Part shown: piece by piece, positions 40,160-54,227 of the stretch
How positions within the stretch are numbered: position 1 is the stretch's first letter
Layout of the letters: every line of letters begins with the position of its first letter
Source: Octopus sinensis
Lineage: Eukaryota
DNA: 64,000 nucleotides
Reading direction: 5' to 3'
NCBI RefSeq assembly: GCF_006345805.1
Contig: NC_043008.1
Location: 36,952,001 to 37,016,000, forward strand
Notes under the pieces: model-generated
What the model saw: only the letters and a program-made list of their open reading frames with translations
Databases searched by the model: none
Told to the model about the DNA's origin: nothing
Program-made: the position numbers and the translations under genes

Positions 40160-40985
40160 TCATGTTAACCAGCATTTTAATGTTAACAGCCTTTCAATTT
40201 TTGTTAGTCTTCCAATGTTAACCAGTCTTTTAGTGTTTACCAGTGTTTCTAAGTTAACTAGACATTTAGTGTTTACCAACCTTTCAACATTAACCAGCCT
40301 TTCAATGTTAACCAGGTTTTCAACGTTAACCAGGTTTTCAATGTTTGTTAGTCTTCCAATGTTAACCAATCTTTTAGTGTTTACCAGTGTTTCTAAGTTA
40401 ACTAGACATTTAGTGTTTACCAACCTTTCAACATTAACCAGCCTTTCAATGTTAACCAGGTTTTCAACGTTTGTTAATCTTCCAATGTTAACCAATCTTT
40501 TAGTGTTTACCAGTGTTTCTAAGTTAACCAGACAATTAGTGTTTACCAACCTTTCAACATTAACCAGCCTTTCAATGTTAACCAGGTTTTCAATGTTAAC
40601 CAGCTTTACAATGTTTATCCGTCTTTCAATGTTAAATAATATCCCATTGTTTACTCACCTTTTAATGTTATCAATGCTTATAATGCTTATCAATGTTTGC
40701 CAGCCTTCCAGTGATAATAAGCTTGTCTATGTGTACCAGCTTTTCAGTGTTTACCAGTTTTACAATGTTAACCAGTCTTTCTATGGTTAACAGTCTTTCA
40801 ATGTTTACAAGTTTTTTTCGTTTTTTTTTTCATCCATTCAATGTTTACTTGCTTTGCAGTGTTTACTAGTTTTTTCAGTGATAACCTGCCTTTCTATTGT
40901 TACCAGCGTTCCAAAGATAACTTGCTTTCAATGTTTACCAGTATTTTAATGTTTACCAGCGTTTCTATGTTTACCATGTTTAACA
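40160..40985 (-). repeat. 18 bp minisatellite with 126/144 bp higher-order repeat; encodes LVNxxx hexapeptides on the minus strand
   Basis: Consensus CTGGTTAACATTGAAAGG; frame open ~40654-40160. Confidence 0.85.
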
Positions 40986-41537
40986 CTATATAGATGACAT
41001 CTGACTTGTTTCTCTCCAGCCTCTACAAGTCCTCCATTCTCAATACCTGTGCCTCTCTGCTTTGCATGAAAACAAACACCTTTTGCACAGGCTTTTCACA
41101 GTCTAATTCCACACCAAGGATACATCTTTTATCACCGACAAAGGTACAAAATCACTGAATTTCCTCCTCTTTCTTACACCCATTACTCTACTTTCACTTT
41201 TAATTGTTGTTGTTGTTGCATTGTTTAGTCCCAGATCATCTTTTATTGATCAGGCCATACAGTCAAAGAAAATATCAGCTGTGGCCATTCTGGTTTATTT
41301 TCAAACTTGGCATCTCGATTTTGACCCCCTTTTTTTTATCCTTTACTTGTTTCAGTCATTTGACTGCAGCCATGATGGGGCACCACCTTGAAGGGGTTTT
41401 AATTGAATGAACCAACCCCCTGTACTTATTTTTAAGTCTGGTACTATTCTATAACTGCCAAGTTATGAGGACATAAATAAATCAACACTGATTATTAAGC
41501 AGCAATGAAACAAATACAAACATAAAGATATGCATGA

Positions 41538-41596
<59 letters not shown>

Positions 41597-42789
41597 GGGC
41601 TTCTTCCACACTGGTTCTGTTCACCAAACTCCCTCACATGTTTGTCCAAGATGCTGTACAGTAGGATTGAATTGAAACTGTGTGGTTGTGAAGCAAGCAT
41701 TTTAACCACACAGCCATGTCTTCTGCATATCTAAAAAATGTCAAGTATAATCAGAAATTCGTTATCAAATGTGTTCTTCCATTCAGAAGTCTAGCATGTG
41801 ATTTGAGTAAGATTTGCCTGTTATTTCTTGCTGAGACTCAGTTGATGCCTTCTCCAAAACTAATTCTGATGCTTAGATTACACAAATCTCCTATCTTTAC
41901 TGAGATATCTGAACAGTTCATGGACTTCATTTCATAAATTCTAAATACTGTCTACTCTTGTGCCTGTCCTGATTCTTTGTCAGTCTGTTAAAGATACTGG
42001 TGGCTTTTGGCAGTATTGAATTTTTCCATTGAGTGCAAAGTAACAAATTCTTATCAACATCCTTTCTGCATATTGATCAAATCCACTTTCAAGATAACAC
42101 CGAGTTTTGTGTTCCTCGCTACTAATTAGTAGTTCATATTTCCCATGCTGGCTTCTATGCCATTTTGCTTTTAGACTATTCTTCCACATTCTCTGCATAT
42201 CTAAGAATATCAAGTATAATAAGAAATCTGTTATCAAATGTCTTTTCTGTAGTAGAAGACTGTAGCATATAATTTGAGTGAGATTTGGTTGCTATTTCTT
42301 GTTGATAAGACAACCTACACAGAGACACACTTTTCCATGCTTGCATTGGTTGGATTCAGTTTTTTATTGAGGCAGATTTTCTACAGCTGGATGCCCTTCT
42401 TGATGCGAACCCTCACTTGTTTTGTTTCAAAGCAAGATATTTCCTCAAGACTAGACATGTTCCAGCAGGATATTGGAAATGAATGACACTTCTCTGACAG
42501 TGACAATCATTTACAAACTATCATACAATGTTAAGATAAGGAGACACCCACATACACACATCTTTCTCTCCCTGTTCTCTCTCTCTCTCTACTACATACA
42601 TACATACATACATACATACACATACATACATACATACATACATACATACATCATACATACATACATACATACATACATACATACATACATACATACATAC
42701 ATACATACATACATGTGTGAGTGTGTGTGTGTGTTAAAATGAAACAACAAAGTCAAGGCTGTGTGGAATTTGCAGGAAATTGCAGCATT

Positions 42790-43780
42790 TGGTTTCATGG
42801 GTCCTCTCAAGCTGAGCACATCACCCAAGGTCTCAGTCACTAGTCATTGCCTCTGTGAGACTCAAAGTTCATAGATGCTTCACCACCTCATCCTATGTCT
42901 TCTCGGGTCTACCTCTACCACAGGTTCCCTCCACAGTTAGAGATCGGCACTTCATTACACAGCTGTTCTCATCCATATGCATTACATGATCATACCAGTG
43001 CAGTCATCTCTTGCACACCACATCTGATGCTTCTTTTTCCTGCCTTTTCTCTCAAGATGCTTAAACTCTGTTGAACATGCAGCACTGACATTGCACATCC
43101 AGTGAAGTATACTGGCTTCATTTCTTTGAAGCCTACACATGTTCTCAGGTGTCACAGCCCATGTTTCACTGCCATGCAGCATAGCTATTCGCACACAGGC
43201 ATCAAACAATCTGCCTTTCACTCAGAGAGAGGCCCTTTGTTGCCAGCAGGGATAGAAGCTCTCTGAACTTTGCCCATCATAATCTTATTCTCACAGCTAC
43301 ATTCTCATAGCATCCACCTCCACTAACTTGATCACCTTGTTAACAGAAGCTTACCCACCTAGAAGTTGGTGGAGTCTATTTTCTGCACATTTTCAGCATT
43401 TATTGTACCTGTGCATCTTCCACATACTAAAGTTAGTTTCCTTGTTAACCTTCCTCTGATATTGCTTCATATTTTTTGTGTCCAAAGTTTACACTGGGTG
43501 CATCTTATGGAGTTTCTACCTACACCTTTTTACTACAGATCAAGCAGGGCCATCTACCTGAAGAGATTTGTGATTTGTCTGCCTTCCTACTTACTAAAAC
43601 ACTGGCTTTTGCTAGGTTAACTCTAAGGCCCTTAGATTCTAGGCCTTGCTTCCATACCTGGAACTTCTCTAGTTCAAGTAGTGATTCAGCTATAAGAGCA
43701 AGGTCATCAGCATAGAGGAACTTCCAGGGGCAAGCTATCTTGAATTCCTCTGCTATTGCCTGGAGGACTATGATGAACAT
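42790..43780 (-). pseudogene. 5'-truncated RTE-clade LINE, same family as 14559-15520
   Basis: FLYADDLAL...WPCLICSK...CTQCKLW...CGRC...KGRLFDACVRIAMLHGSETW. Confidence 0.88.
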
Positions 43781-43845
43781 GCACACCATATTGTATCTCT
43801 ACACCACCTCTCCATGTCATTATCGCACAAGAAAGCTCTTCATCA

Positions 43846-43898
<53 letters not shown>

Positions 43899-43929
43899 CT
43901 ATATATATATATATATATATATATATAGC

Positions 43930-43964
<35 letters not shown>

Positions 43965-45547
43965 GTTGTCGGCAGTACCATGTAAATGGTACCTGTAAAT
44001 AGTATTCATTGCTGGTACCATGCTAATGGCACCCATGAATCATAATTGTGGTTGTTACCAGTGTCATGTAAGTGGAACCCATGCTGATGGCACATAAAAG
44101 CACCCATTACATTCTTGGAGTAGTTGGCATTAAGAAGGGCATCCAGCTGTAGATATGGACCTCAGTTGAAAACCACTGATCTTCATCATTGTTTAATATG
44201 CTAGAAAAAGCAGCCAAATTCTCCTAAAATGAACTGTTACTATCACAGAAAAGAAAACATTAGATGTTAGTTAGTTTCCTGTATATTGAAGGAAAATAGA
44301 ATAGTCAGAGTCAAGGCCATCTGCAGGCATCTGAAGGGTACACTGCATAGTTGGCTGGTAAATAGGGACCTCAAGGTTCTAAGAGACACATTACTAATCT
44401 GTTTATGTTGTTGGTTGTGTAAGGGCCTCAGTACATTATTTTGCCCACAATCTTGTAATGAGTCATAGCTGGAATACCTTTGACCATAAGTCTGCTTGAT
44501 CAGGTTTGACCTGGGGGTTAAAGAACAACATCAACTATAATACCATCATAATCATCATCATCATCATTTAACATCTATTTTCCATGCTGGTATGTCTTTG
44601 CTGGTTTGACAGGAACCAACAAGCTATGGGCATAGTTTCTATGGTTGGCTGCCCTTCATAACACAAAGCACATTACAGTGTGTGTTTGGGTGATTTTTTT
44701 TTTGTGGCACCAGCACAAGTGAGGTTGCCAAGTAAGTTGCTAGACAGAAAAAGAGCAGAAAAAAAGCCAAAGTCCTACCCTCCATGACTAAGTGCAATGG
44801 AGTATTAGGGACAAGGAAGTGGCTTTATGTCAAGTGCTGAAAGGTTAAAGTATGACAGAGCCACAAGCACAGGTGTCTTGCTGTAGAGGAGATACATGGC
44901 TACTCCACATTATATAAGAGTGAGTAGCTGTAACTGGAAAGGAGATGGAGGAGATAAAGATGGTAACGGTAGTGTGCCAGAGCAAATTCTAAAGGTACAA
45001 GAAGGTGAGCATAGGAGTGGAGGAAAGGGAGGGTTAGTAATTTCATAAGAATGTGAGGAGATAGCATGATATCATATAAAGCTGACGACAGCATATTACC
45101 AGGAGACAACAACCACATTACCACACAACTACTGCAGCATAACCACCACCACAACACAGCCACCACACTATACCAGGGAAGTGCACCACCAGAATCTGCC
45201 ACAGACAAATTTCTTTCACAGCTTAATCTGTTAATACAAATGATAAATTGCATAACCATAACCTGTGATTCTTTTGCTGCTAACCATATTTATTCATTGA
45301 TTAATCCATCAGCAGGGCTATTGGTTGCATGTAATATTCCATCGATCCCCTATCTTCAATAAACTGGCCCTTTGATTAAATTCACGCCTACAAATTATTG
45401 TTTTTGATGATTCTCTACGACAAACGCTTGCAATATTGTCATGGTTTGCTTCCATACGGAATCATAAGGTTTAATCTTCTACCAACACCTAATTGATGGG
45501 TTCCTTGAACCAGTTAAATATTGCCAAAATATGTAGCTATCTGAGGA

Positions 45548-45606
<59 letters not shown>

Positions 45607-45826
45607 GAATGGGTTTGTATATATTTATGTGTATGCGAGAGAGAGGGAGAGAAAGAGAGAGAGAGAGAGGGAGAGAAAGGGAAAGGGAAAGAGGAGAATG
45701 GGGAGACAGAGAATGTGTATGTGTTTACATGTGTATATTCGCATGTGTGTATTTCTTTCAGGAAGCATTTACATATATCATCATCATACATACATACATA
45801 CATACATACATACATACATACATACA

Positions 45827-45863
<37 letters not shown>

Positions 45864-46253
45864 CAAACCTGTATGCATATAGCTATGAGTATACATTTAC
45901 ATATATCTCTATATATATATATATATGTGTGTGTGTCTGTGTATAAATATATGCATATACTCATATATATATGTACATGAGTGTGTGCATATATATATGT
46001 GTGTGTGTGTATGTATATGTATATATATCTGTGTGTATATATATATATGCATATATGTGTATATGTATATTATTGTATGTGTGTGTGTATTTATATATAT
46101 ATTTATTTATATGTACATTTATATATATATATATGCATACTTTCCTGTGTATATATATATACATACACACATACATATATATATATATATACATACATAT
46201 GTATGTATGTGTATATATGTGTTTGTGTATATGAATTATATATATGGTGTGTG

Positions 46254-46302
<49 letters not shown>

Positions 46303-46543
46303 ATATATACATACACATATGCATACATAAATATGTTTATATATATGCAGTTATATTCACATATGCATGCATAATGTGTTATGCACATATATTCACATGA
46401 AACTCTTGGCTCTTGAATCACTCTGCCAACTATTAATAAAATGTATATACATAGATATGCAGAAATATGTATACATTCACATGTGCATTTATATACATAC
46501 ACACACACACATACATAGATATATATATGAATATAAACACATG

Positions 46544-46574
<31 letters not shown>

Positions 46575-46675
46575 TTATATATGTACATGCATATATATGC
46601 GTGTGTGTGTACCTTATATATATATGTGTGTGTGTGTGTATAGTGTATATGTGTGTGTGCACCTTAATATATATA

Positions 46676-46742
<67 letters not shown>

Positions 46743-46952
46743 ACATATATATATTTATGTACATATTTATATGTGCTTGTACAACCTCGTTATCCATTGA
46801 CTCTATACCTATATGATGTTCTTCATACTGTTTATGTCTATGGTTATATAGCCTTCTCTATCTCCTTCACCTTTTTGTCCTTTTCTTCATTAATATATAT
46901 TTATGCTTGTGCATAATGTGTGTATGTGGGTGAGTGTATACACACACACACT

Positions 46953-47006
<54 letters not shown>

Positions 47007-47113
47007 CATATATATATATGTATACACATATGTTATATATGTATACATACAACACCCACATGCACACATACACATGCATACATGCAAACACATATATATA
47101 TGTGGTATATATA

Positions 47114-47157
<44 letters not shown>

Positions 47158-47334
47158 CAGCTCTATGAGATATGTATGTGTATGTATATATATGTGGCTA
47201 ATTGTTTGGCTGCTTGTGTGTGTGTGGAATATATATGTATCTTGTTTCTATTAAATTAGACTATAGCCAAAATGGCTGATGGGTGAAATTAATCTGTGAC
47301 TATATACATACATGAGATGTAGATAAGTAGGGAG

Positions 47335-47368
47335 ATAGATAGATAGATAGATAAATGGATAGATATAT

Positions 47369-47462
<94 letters not shown>

Positions 47463-47466
47463 GGAC

Positions 47467-47520
<54 letters not shown>

Positions 47521-47611
47521 ATGGATAGATAGATAGATAGATAGATAAATGGATAGATAGATAGATAGATAGATAGATAAATGGATAGATAGATAGATAG
47601 ATAGATAAATG

Positions 47612-47660
<49 letters not shown>

Positions 47661-47663
47661 AAT

Positions 47664-47695
<32 letters not shown>
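47335..47695. repeat. (GATA)n microsatellite
   Basis: Directly visible. Confidence 0.95.
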
Positions 47696-47696
<1 letters not shown>

Positions 47697-48104
47697 TGGG
47701 GTAAAATGAAAGCAAGTAGGAGTGGGGTTGGGTAGGTAGAGTACTTACATGTATAGATTAACTTCTTGAAGAATATTACTTGCTCTCTCTATTGAAGAAG
47801 GCGTATTAGAATGTCGTTAAATGATAAATCTGCCATTATGAGATATCTATTAATTGCAAAGTCTCTGTCTGCTTTTGGCTAAAAACTTTAATCTGTTTTA
47901 GCAGCAAATCTCCTTTCTTTTTGATATTATTGCTGTTGTTGTTGTTGTTACTGTTGCTGCTACTTCTGCTAGTAGTAGTAATGTTAATATTAATGGTGTC
48001 TTTTAGGGGGGGGGGCCATAATGACCTACCTTGTAACACATAAGCATGTCTTACTGAATAGTTGCGAAATGTTTGTACATATTAAATAAATAAGTATGAG
48101 GTAG

Positions 48105-48116
48105 ATAATAATAATG

Positions 48117-48165
<49 letters not shown>

Positions 48166-48205
48166 TGATAATAATAATGACAATAATAATAATAGTAATA
48201 ATGAC

Positions 48206-48252
<47 letters not shown>

Positions 48253-48361
48253 CAATAATAATAATAGTAATAATGACAATAATAATAATAATAATAATAA
48301 TAGTAATAATGACAATAATAATAATAATAATAATGACAATAATAATAATAGTAATAATGAC

Positions 48362-48400
<39 letters not shown>
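48105..48400. repeat. (TAA)n array with TGA/CAA/TAG variants
   Basis: Directly visible. Confidence 0.95.
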
Positions 48401-48401
<1 letters not shown>

Positions 48402-48402
48402 T

Positions 48403-50250
48403 ATGGAATCAAACATTTAACGATAAGGGAAAATATCAGAAAAGAATGTTATCGCAGGGTAAGAGCAATACTCAAGACAGAGCCGAATGCAAGAAACAAG
48501 ATCGAAGTGATCAATACTTTCGCCATACCGATCATGACTTACTTTCTCAATATTATTACTGAAGTCTGTAATCTTGACAAAAAATTACGAAAATTGTCAA
48601 AAATGCAATATAATGGACCACCCTAAGGCAAATACAGAATGATTTTACCTGCCAAGCAAGGAGGGTGGCTGCAGACTTTTACAACTGGAATTCATCATCA
48701 TCATCATCATCATCGTTTAATGTCCGTTTTCCATGCAAACACAGGTTGGACGGTTCAACCGGGGTCTAGGAAGTCAGAAGGCTGCACCAGGCTCCAGTCT
48801 GATCCGGCAGTGTTTCTACAGCTGGATGCCCTTCCTAACGCCAACCACTCCAAGAGTGTGGTGGGTGCTTTTTACGTATCACCAGCACAGGTGCCAGGGG
48901 AGGCTGGCAGCAGCCATGATTGGTTGGTGCCTTTTGCGTGCCACCGGCACAGAAGCCAGTCAAGGTGGCACTGAATATTGCCACAGTTGGCCTAAACACC
49001 CACTTGAAAAACTCTGATGACTGGATGTAAAAACTTGTCTTAAAGCATGAAAACAAGTAAACACCATACTCATTAACAAAACAGGCAAAGAAATATCTAA
49101 GTGAATTCCAAATACAGCAAATCCCAGAATTAGACATGCTAGAAACAAACACAGAAAAGGCCAAGCATATGAAAACCCATACTAAAACTGCTGCCTTAGA
49201 TATTCTTATTGATAAATGGCAAGAAAAACCTCTCAATGGAAAATACCCAAAGAGAGCTAATAGTGCTGATGTTGACAAAGCCCTTACCCCTGACTTAAAA
49301 TTAGAGGCAGAAGAGTTTATCATAGTAGCTCACATACAAGAAGTTACCAGGGCAACAGTTTAAAGAACAGCAGTAGCCCAACATGTCATTTATGTAAACA
49401 GCAAAATGAAACCATTGATCATGTTGTCTCCATGTACAGTTTTCTTGCATCCACAGAGTATCTCAACAGGCATGATAGAGCAGTACAATATATTCACTGG
49501 GTATTTGCAAAGATGTGGACCTGCCACATGATAAAAACTGGTAGGAACACAAACCACTGCCAGTGCTTGAAAATGATGACATCTCACTCCTTTGGAACTT
49601 CATTGTTCAAATTGAGAGAAAGATAGACACAGATAGGCCAAACATTATATTGAAGGATTTTAGACAAAAATCATGCCTCCTCATTGATATGACTGTCCCA
49701 ATCGACATAAATGTATCTGTCAAGGCCTACCAAAAACTGAGCAAGTATAAAGATCTTGAAATAGAAATTGGCAAAATGTGAAACCTCAAGACTAAAACGG
49801 TACCTGTTGTTATGGGTGCCCTGGGAATGATAGCAAAAGAGGCTGATTGCTACCTAGTTCAGATACCAGGAAATCCAGAAATGGAAGAAATTCAAAAAAT
49901 AGTGCTCATGGGAACTACCCATATCCTACATAAAATATTGTCTATGGAATCCCCAAAATACTTTAATCTGTAAACAGTGCCAAAATACTTTTAAATGTAC
50001 ATAATAGCAAACGCCTCGTACTGTCATTTTAACATCAGACTATCATCTTATTATCAAATTACTTTTAAAACAAACTTCTTATTTATTTATAGTTTGACAG
50101 ACATTCTCTAGAATAATACTCTGTGCAAAACGAAATATATGGCATCCTAGTCATAACACCAACATGAACTTCTAACTTGTTGTCTCTTGAGATCTGTGGA
50201 TGAGACTTGGAGTCAACTTGTACAAATACAGTGTAAAAACTAAACATATA
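48403..50250 (+). pseudogene. 5'-truncated R4/Dong-like non-LTR retrotransposon (RT thumb, CCHC finger, RLE endonuclease), interrupted by a SINE
   Basis: YRRVRAILKTE.NARNK; CHLC...ETIDHVVS; RHD; RPNII...LIDMTVP...K..KY.DL; PVVMGALG; (TAA)n on both sides. Confidence 0.88.
48693..48975 (-). mobile_element. SINE family B nested in the LINE
   Basis: (CAT)n CGTTTAATGTCCG...CTGGATGCCCTTCC. Confidence 0.85.
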
Positions 50251-50262
50251 ATAATAATATAA

Positions 50263-50312
<50 letters not shown>

Positions 50313-50319
50313 TAATAAT

Positions 50320-50573
50320 AGAAGAGCAGTACATCACACGTATTGAGAAGAGCAGTACATCACACGTATTGAGAAGAGCATTGTCGATGTGAGAACTGTT
50401 GCTGCTCATGTATTTTAATTTAACTTAAAAAAATTTAAAAAAATAAAAAAAATGAACGAACTATTGAGTTTGGTTTAATGGCCTACCAATGTATACTATG
50501 AGTTTCTTTGCCCTAGGAGTTGGGAAGACACTCGGCAAGAAATGGAAGCAAATTTGAAAGAAGAAAAAAAAAG

Positions 50574-50575
<2 letters not shown>
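50320..50575 (+). mobile_element. Very short 3' end of a second R4/Dong-like element
   Basis: TSHVLRRALSM* ORF end (27 bp duplicated), 3' UTR, (TAA)n on both sides. Confidence 0.55.
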
Positions 50576-50618
<43 letters not shown>

Positions 50619-51262
50619 TAATAATGATAATAACAACAATAATAATGACAGCAGCTGCACATGTTCTTCACTTCTCTGACCAGTCACAGCCTAAGACAGA
50701 AATACTAATACAACCCAGCAGAACAACTGAAAAATAACTCTCAAAAACCGGCACATCTACAATCTCTTGGGGATTTTAAATTTCTCTCAAAATAAGTTTA
50801 AAACTTACATATCCACTGTTTTCTCTGGATGAACACACAAACGATCATCTTTAAAGATTTTAAAACTTTAATATCTACAACTTCTCTGAATACCTATCCT
50901 TTTCTTTCTCCCTGAATATCTGAAAATGTAAACATCCTTTTTATTGCAAGAACACTACAGTTTTCTCTGGTCAGATATACAAATGATCATCTTCAGAAAA
51001 TTTAAAAGCTTTAATATCTACAATTTTCCCTGAAAATTTTACTCATTTGCATGATAAAAATTACGGAAATAAGTACCTGCTAATATATACAAATTGTGCA
51101 ATTACAAAAACTGTAAACCACAGCAAAACCTATAAGAAGAAAAGGAAAATTCAAAAAATTCAAAAATCCAATGATGTAAATATCAGTGTGTGTGTGCATG
51201 TATATATATATAATTTTTTCTATCAGTAATTAAAACAGAACAAGGTGAATTGGTTCTTTAAA

Positions 51263-51390
51263 AGGTCAAAGGTCAGTGCTCTCATTGATTGCTAGTTGTA
51301 GTAAACACATTTGACCTCTGCTGACTGCAAGAGTGTGGGGCTTCTTTTGTTCCTTGATCGCACAGGAATGCAAAACCCCCATTGTTGCTC
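51263..51390. promoter_or_regulatory. Candidate enhancer motif cluster
   Basis: Perfect DR1 AGGTCAAAGGTCA 51263-51275, GTAAACA 51301, TGACCT 51312, GGAATG 51365, CATTGTT 51380. Confidence 0.35.
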
Positions 51391-51821
51391 TCCTTTTTAC
51401 AGACCAATTGTAATTTGATCCATTCACCAAACTGCCTTCCTTCCTCCTATTATCAGCTTCAAACTTCACATATTTTGGATTATCTCAAGTGCAAGACAAA
51501 TGTTGAAACTAGACATTTAACAATACCACACAGTAGTAGGAGCAGAGATTGCAGATTTAACTAAATAACGGTTATACTGTTGCCTTGACTTCAAAGGTTA
51601 GTCACAACGGTACAGATCAAGACACTAGCGATGAACAATGCTGTAATGGCAAGATTAAAGTAACTGTAATGGTATTAATGGCGGAATTAACAATAGTGGC
51701 AGAGATAGCAACCATCTCTACATCTGTCACACAGAGCTCAATGTTTGTAATTTCAATGTAGCACAAATATGTCTTATTAAACAAAAGGAAAACTACAACA
51801 GAACACCAAATCGCTTGTCCT

Positions 51822-52995
51822 ATGGTTAACCTGGAAGTACGTCCCCCAGGTGAGATCCGGCGTGGGGTCGAAAAGTCACCCACTGGCACAAACTCTTATC
51901 TGAATATGAACCTGGATGGTCACTTGAATGGGAACTGCCCCAACTCAAGCCCTCCAAGTCCACCACAGAAAGAAAAATTTAAGAGTATCAAATGGAGCCG
52001 AGAAGAGTATACAGAAGTTATATATACCTATTTTATTGTACATTAGGTAGACCATCTGAAGAGAAATACTCTGCACACTCTTATGAAATATGGAGAACTC
52101 AAAATCAAAGCAGCCGACTCTATTTGGATGAAAACAAGTTAGCAAATGTTAGGAGGGATATCTTCAGAAAGAAACGACTCACAGATAATGAAATAACCAT
52201 GACAAAGCATGCAATGGAAAATGACCAAAATATAAGACAGAAAGGAAATGAAGAACCAGACAAAGAGAGCAACACTTCAATTGAAAGACTGCCATCTGAC
52301 CAGAACATGCAAACATCTGAAGAAATAATTTGTAAGGAACCTGATAAAGATAGTGAGAAAAGTGGTAAAGAAGCAAAATTTGAAGAACACAGAGAGTCAA
52401 TGACAGAAATGAAGCAGAAAATCCTGAATAAGCTTGAAGCTGTAAGACATGCCAATATGCATGATAGAGAACCACTTCATAAACTCTCAAATACAATCCA
52501 GAATAAAAAACAAGTTAAAATTGGAAACTATGTAACAAAAAATAATTATACAAGAACTAATGCCAGATCTCACTGAATTAAATGAAATATTTACACAGCT
52601 GCTAAGACAATTGAAACCAGCTGTAAGGAAATAATTTCCTTACAAATAATTTCTGTATGCCTCAGAAAAAGCAAAGAGATACAAACCTGAGAAGAATTCC
52701 AAACTGGAAAAGAAAAATTGGAAAAGAAATGATGAGATGTGAAATATCGATATTGAATGAACTAACCTGTGGAAATGATGTAATATCCAGAAAAGGAGAA
52801 AGATGAAGTGATAACATAGATTTTCAACAAAAGAAACACTGCAACAAAAGGTTCAAGCAAAAGCTCAAAGAATACAAAGATTTGAGAAAAGAAACAAGTT
52901 TTGGAAGCAAAATAAGCTGTTCACATCCAATGTGAAAGTATTCTACAGAGAAATAGGGAAGGAGAAAATAACTGTTGAAGACCTTCCTCCAATAG
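51822..52995 (+). pseudogene. N-terminal part of an R4/Dong-like ORF
   Basis: KWSREEY...YEIWR...LDENKLANVRRDIFRKKRL Myb-like region, later QNKLFTSNVKVFYREI; frameshifted. Confidence 0.65.
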
Positions 52996-52997
52996 AA

Positions 52998-54100
52998 ATC
53001 TTGTACTGATATTAACCCTCTTCTGCCTTCCTTTCTAGGCAAGTATAATCTTGTTATTCCTACCCTTGGGTGGAGTCCTCCATTCATATTGAATTCCTTC
53101 CTAGTTCTTCTGTCTAGCTTCACTAATTCAGTTTTTGTCTCATCTACAAAAGCTGTTGAGTATCTAAGTAATGATGCTACCCAAGTATTTGCAGCCTTCA
53201 CTAGATTTGGACCATTTAGTTTTGACTTCATTAGCTTCCTCACCCTTCTGATGTACTCCTCACTTTTCGGTTTCATTTCTATCATTAGTACTCTGTCAGA
53301 TTCTAATTGTCCTGGATACTTATAACTCTCTCCTTCTTTTAATGATTTTAATATCTGACTATCTGGTAATTGGATGCCTTCTCTGTTGACTACCTGTCCC
53401 CTTTTCATGACTGATATTGTACACTTATCTATGCCAAATTCCATGCCCATAGCTTTGCTGAAGAGTTTTACAGTCTGTATTAAGGAATCTATCTCATTTT
53501 CATTCTTACTAAAATGCTTCAGATCATTCATGTAGAGCAAATAGTTAATTTTTTCCTTACTATTTCTGAATTGATACCCTGCTTTTGCCTTCCTTCTTAA
53601 TACCAAACTGACAGAGATCAAGCACAAGACAAATATTAAAGGGGACAACGAGTCCCCTTGGAAAATTCTTCTTTTGATATCAACTTACCCCAAGAGTGCC
53701 TCATCTGAGTATAGAACTTCTTTATATTTCTTCATGCTTAAGCTAATTAATTCTCTAATGTTGTCTGCTAGACTGAGGACCCTCAAACATTCACTTATCC
53801 ATGAGTGTGGGATCAAGTCATAGGCTTTCCTATAATCTATCCATGTCATTGTTAGATTTTTCCTTCTAGCTTTTATTTCATTTAGAACTGCTTTGTCTAT
53901 ATATAACAGATCGTGCATTCCTATAGCCTTCTTGCAGCAAACGTTTTGTTCTTCTGGCACTAAATCCTGATTGTCAAGGTACTCATAAATGCTTTCTGAA
54001 AGCATTCCTGTTAACAGCTTCCACACTAATAGAAAGCAAGTGATTGGTCTATAATTGCTAGCTGTATTACCCTTGTACTTATCTGGAACCCTCATCATCT
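52998..54100 (-). pseudogene. R4/Dong-like reverse transcriptase fragment
   Basis: NYRPITC, WIDYRKAYDLIPHSWI, IFQGDSLSPL, LLYMNDLK, YKYPG, RLYLPRKEGRRGL. Confidence 0.92.
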
Positions 54101-54227
54101 CAACCGAAGGAGTGCAAAACACCTATATATTCACACATGACATACAATGCTCATATCTATTTATGCATCTATTCATTTCTGTTTCTATGTGTGTGTGTCT
54201 GTGTGTGTGTAAATATATATATATATA

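Noticed and set aside
41722-42305. ~110 bp diverged direct repeats as LTRs
   Set aside because: No TG..CA ends, PBS or TSD; more likely an old local duplication
52824-53648. 274 aa ORF as a functional RT gene
   Set aside because: Catalytic YMDD is YMND, the frame is broken from the upstream part, and the C-terminus runs into an unrelated inverted fragment
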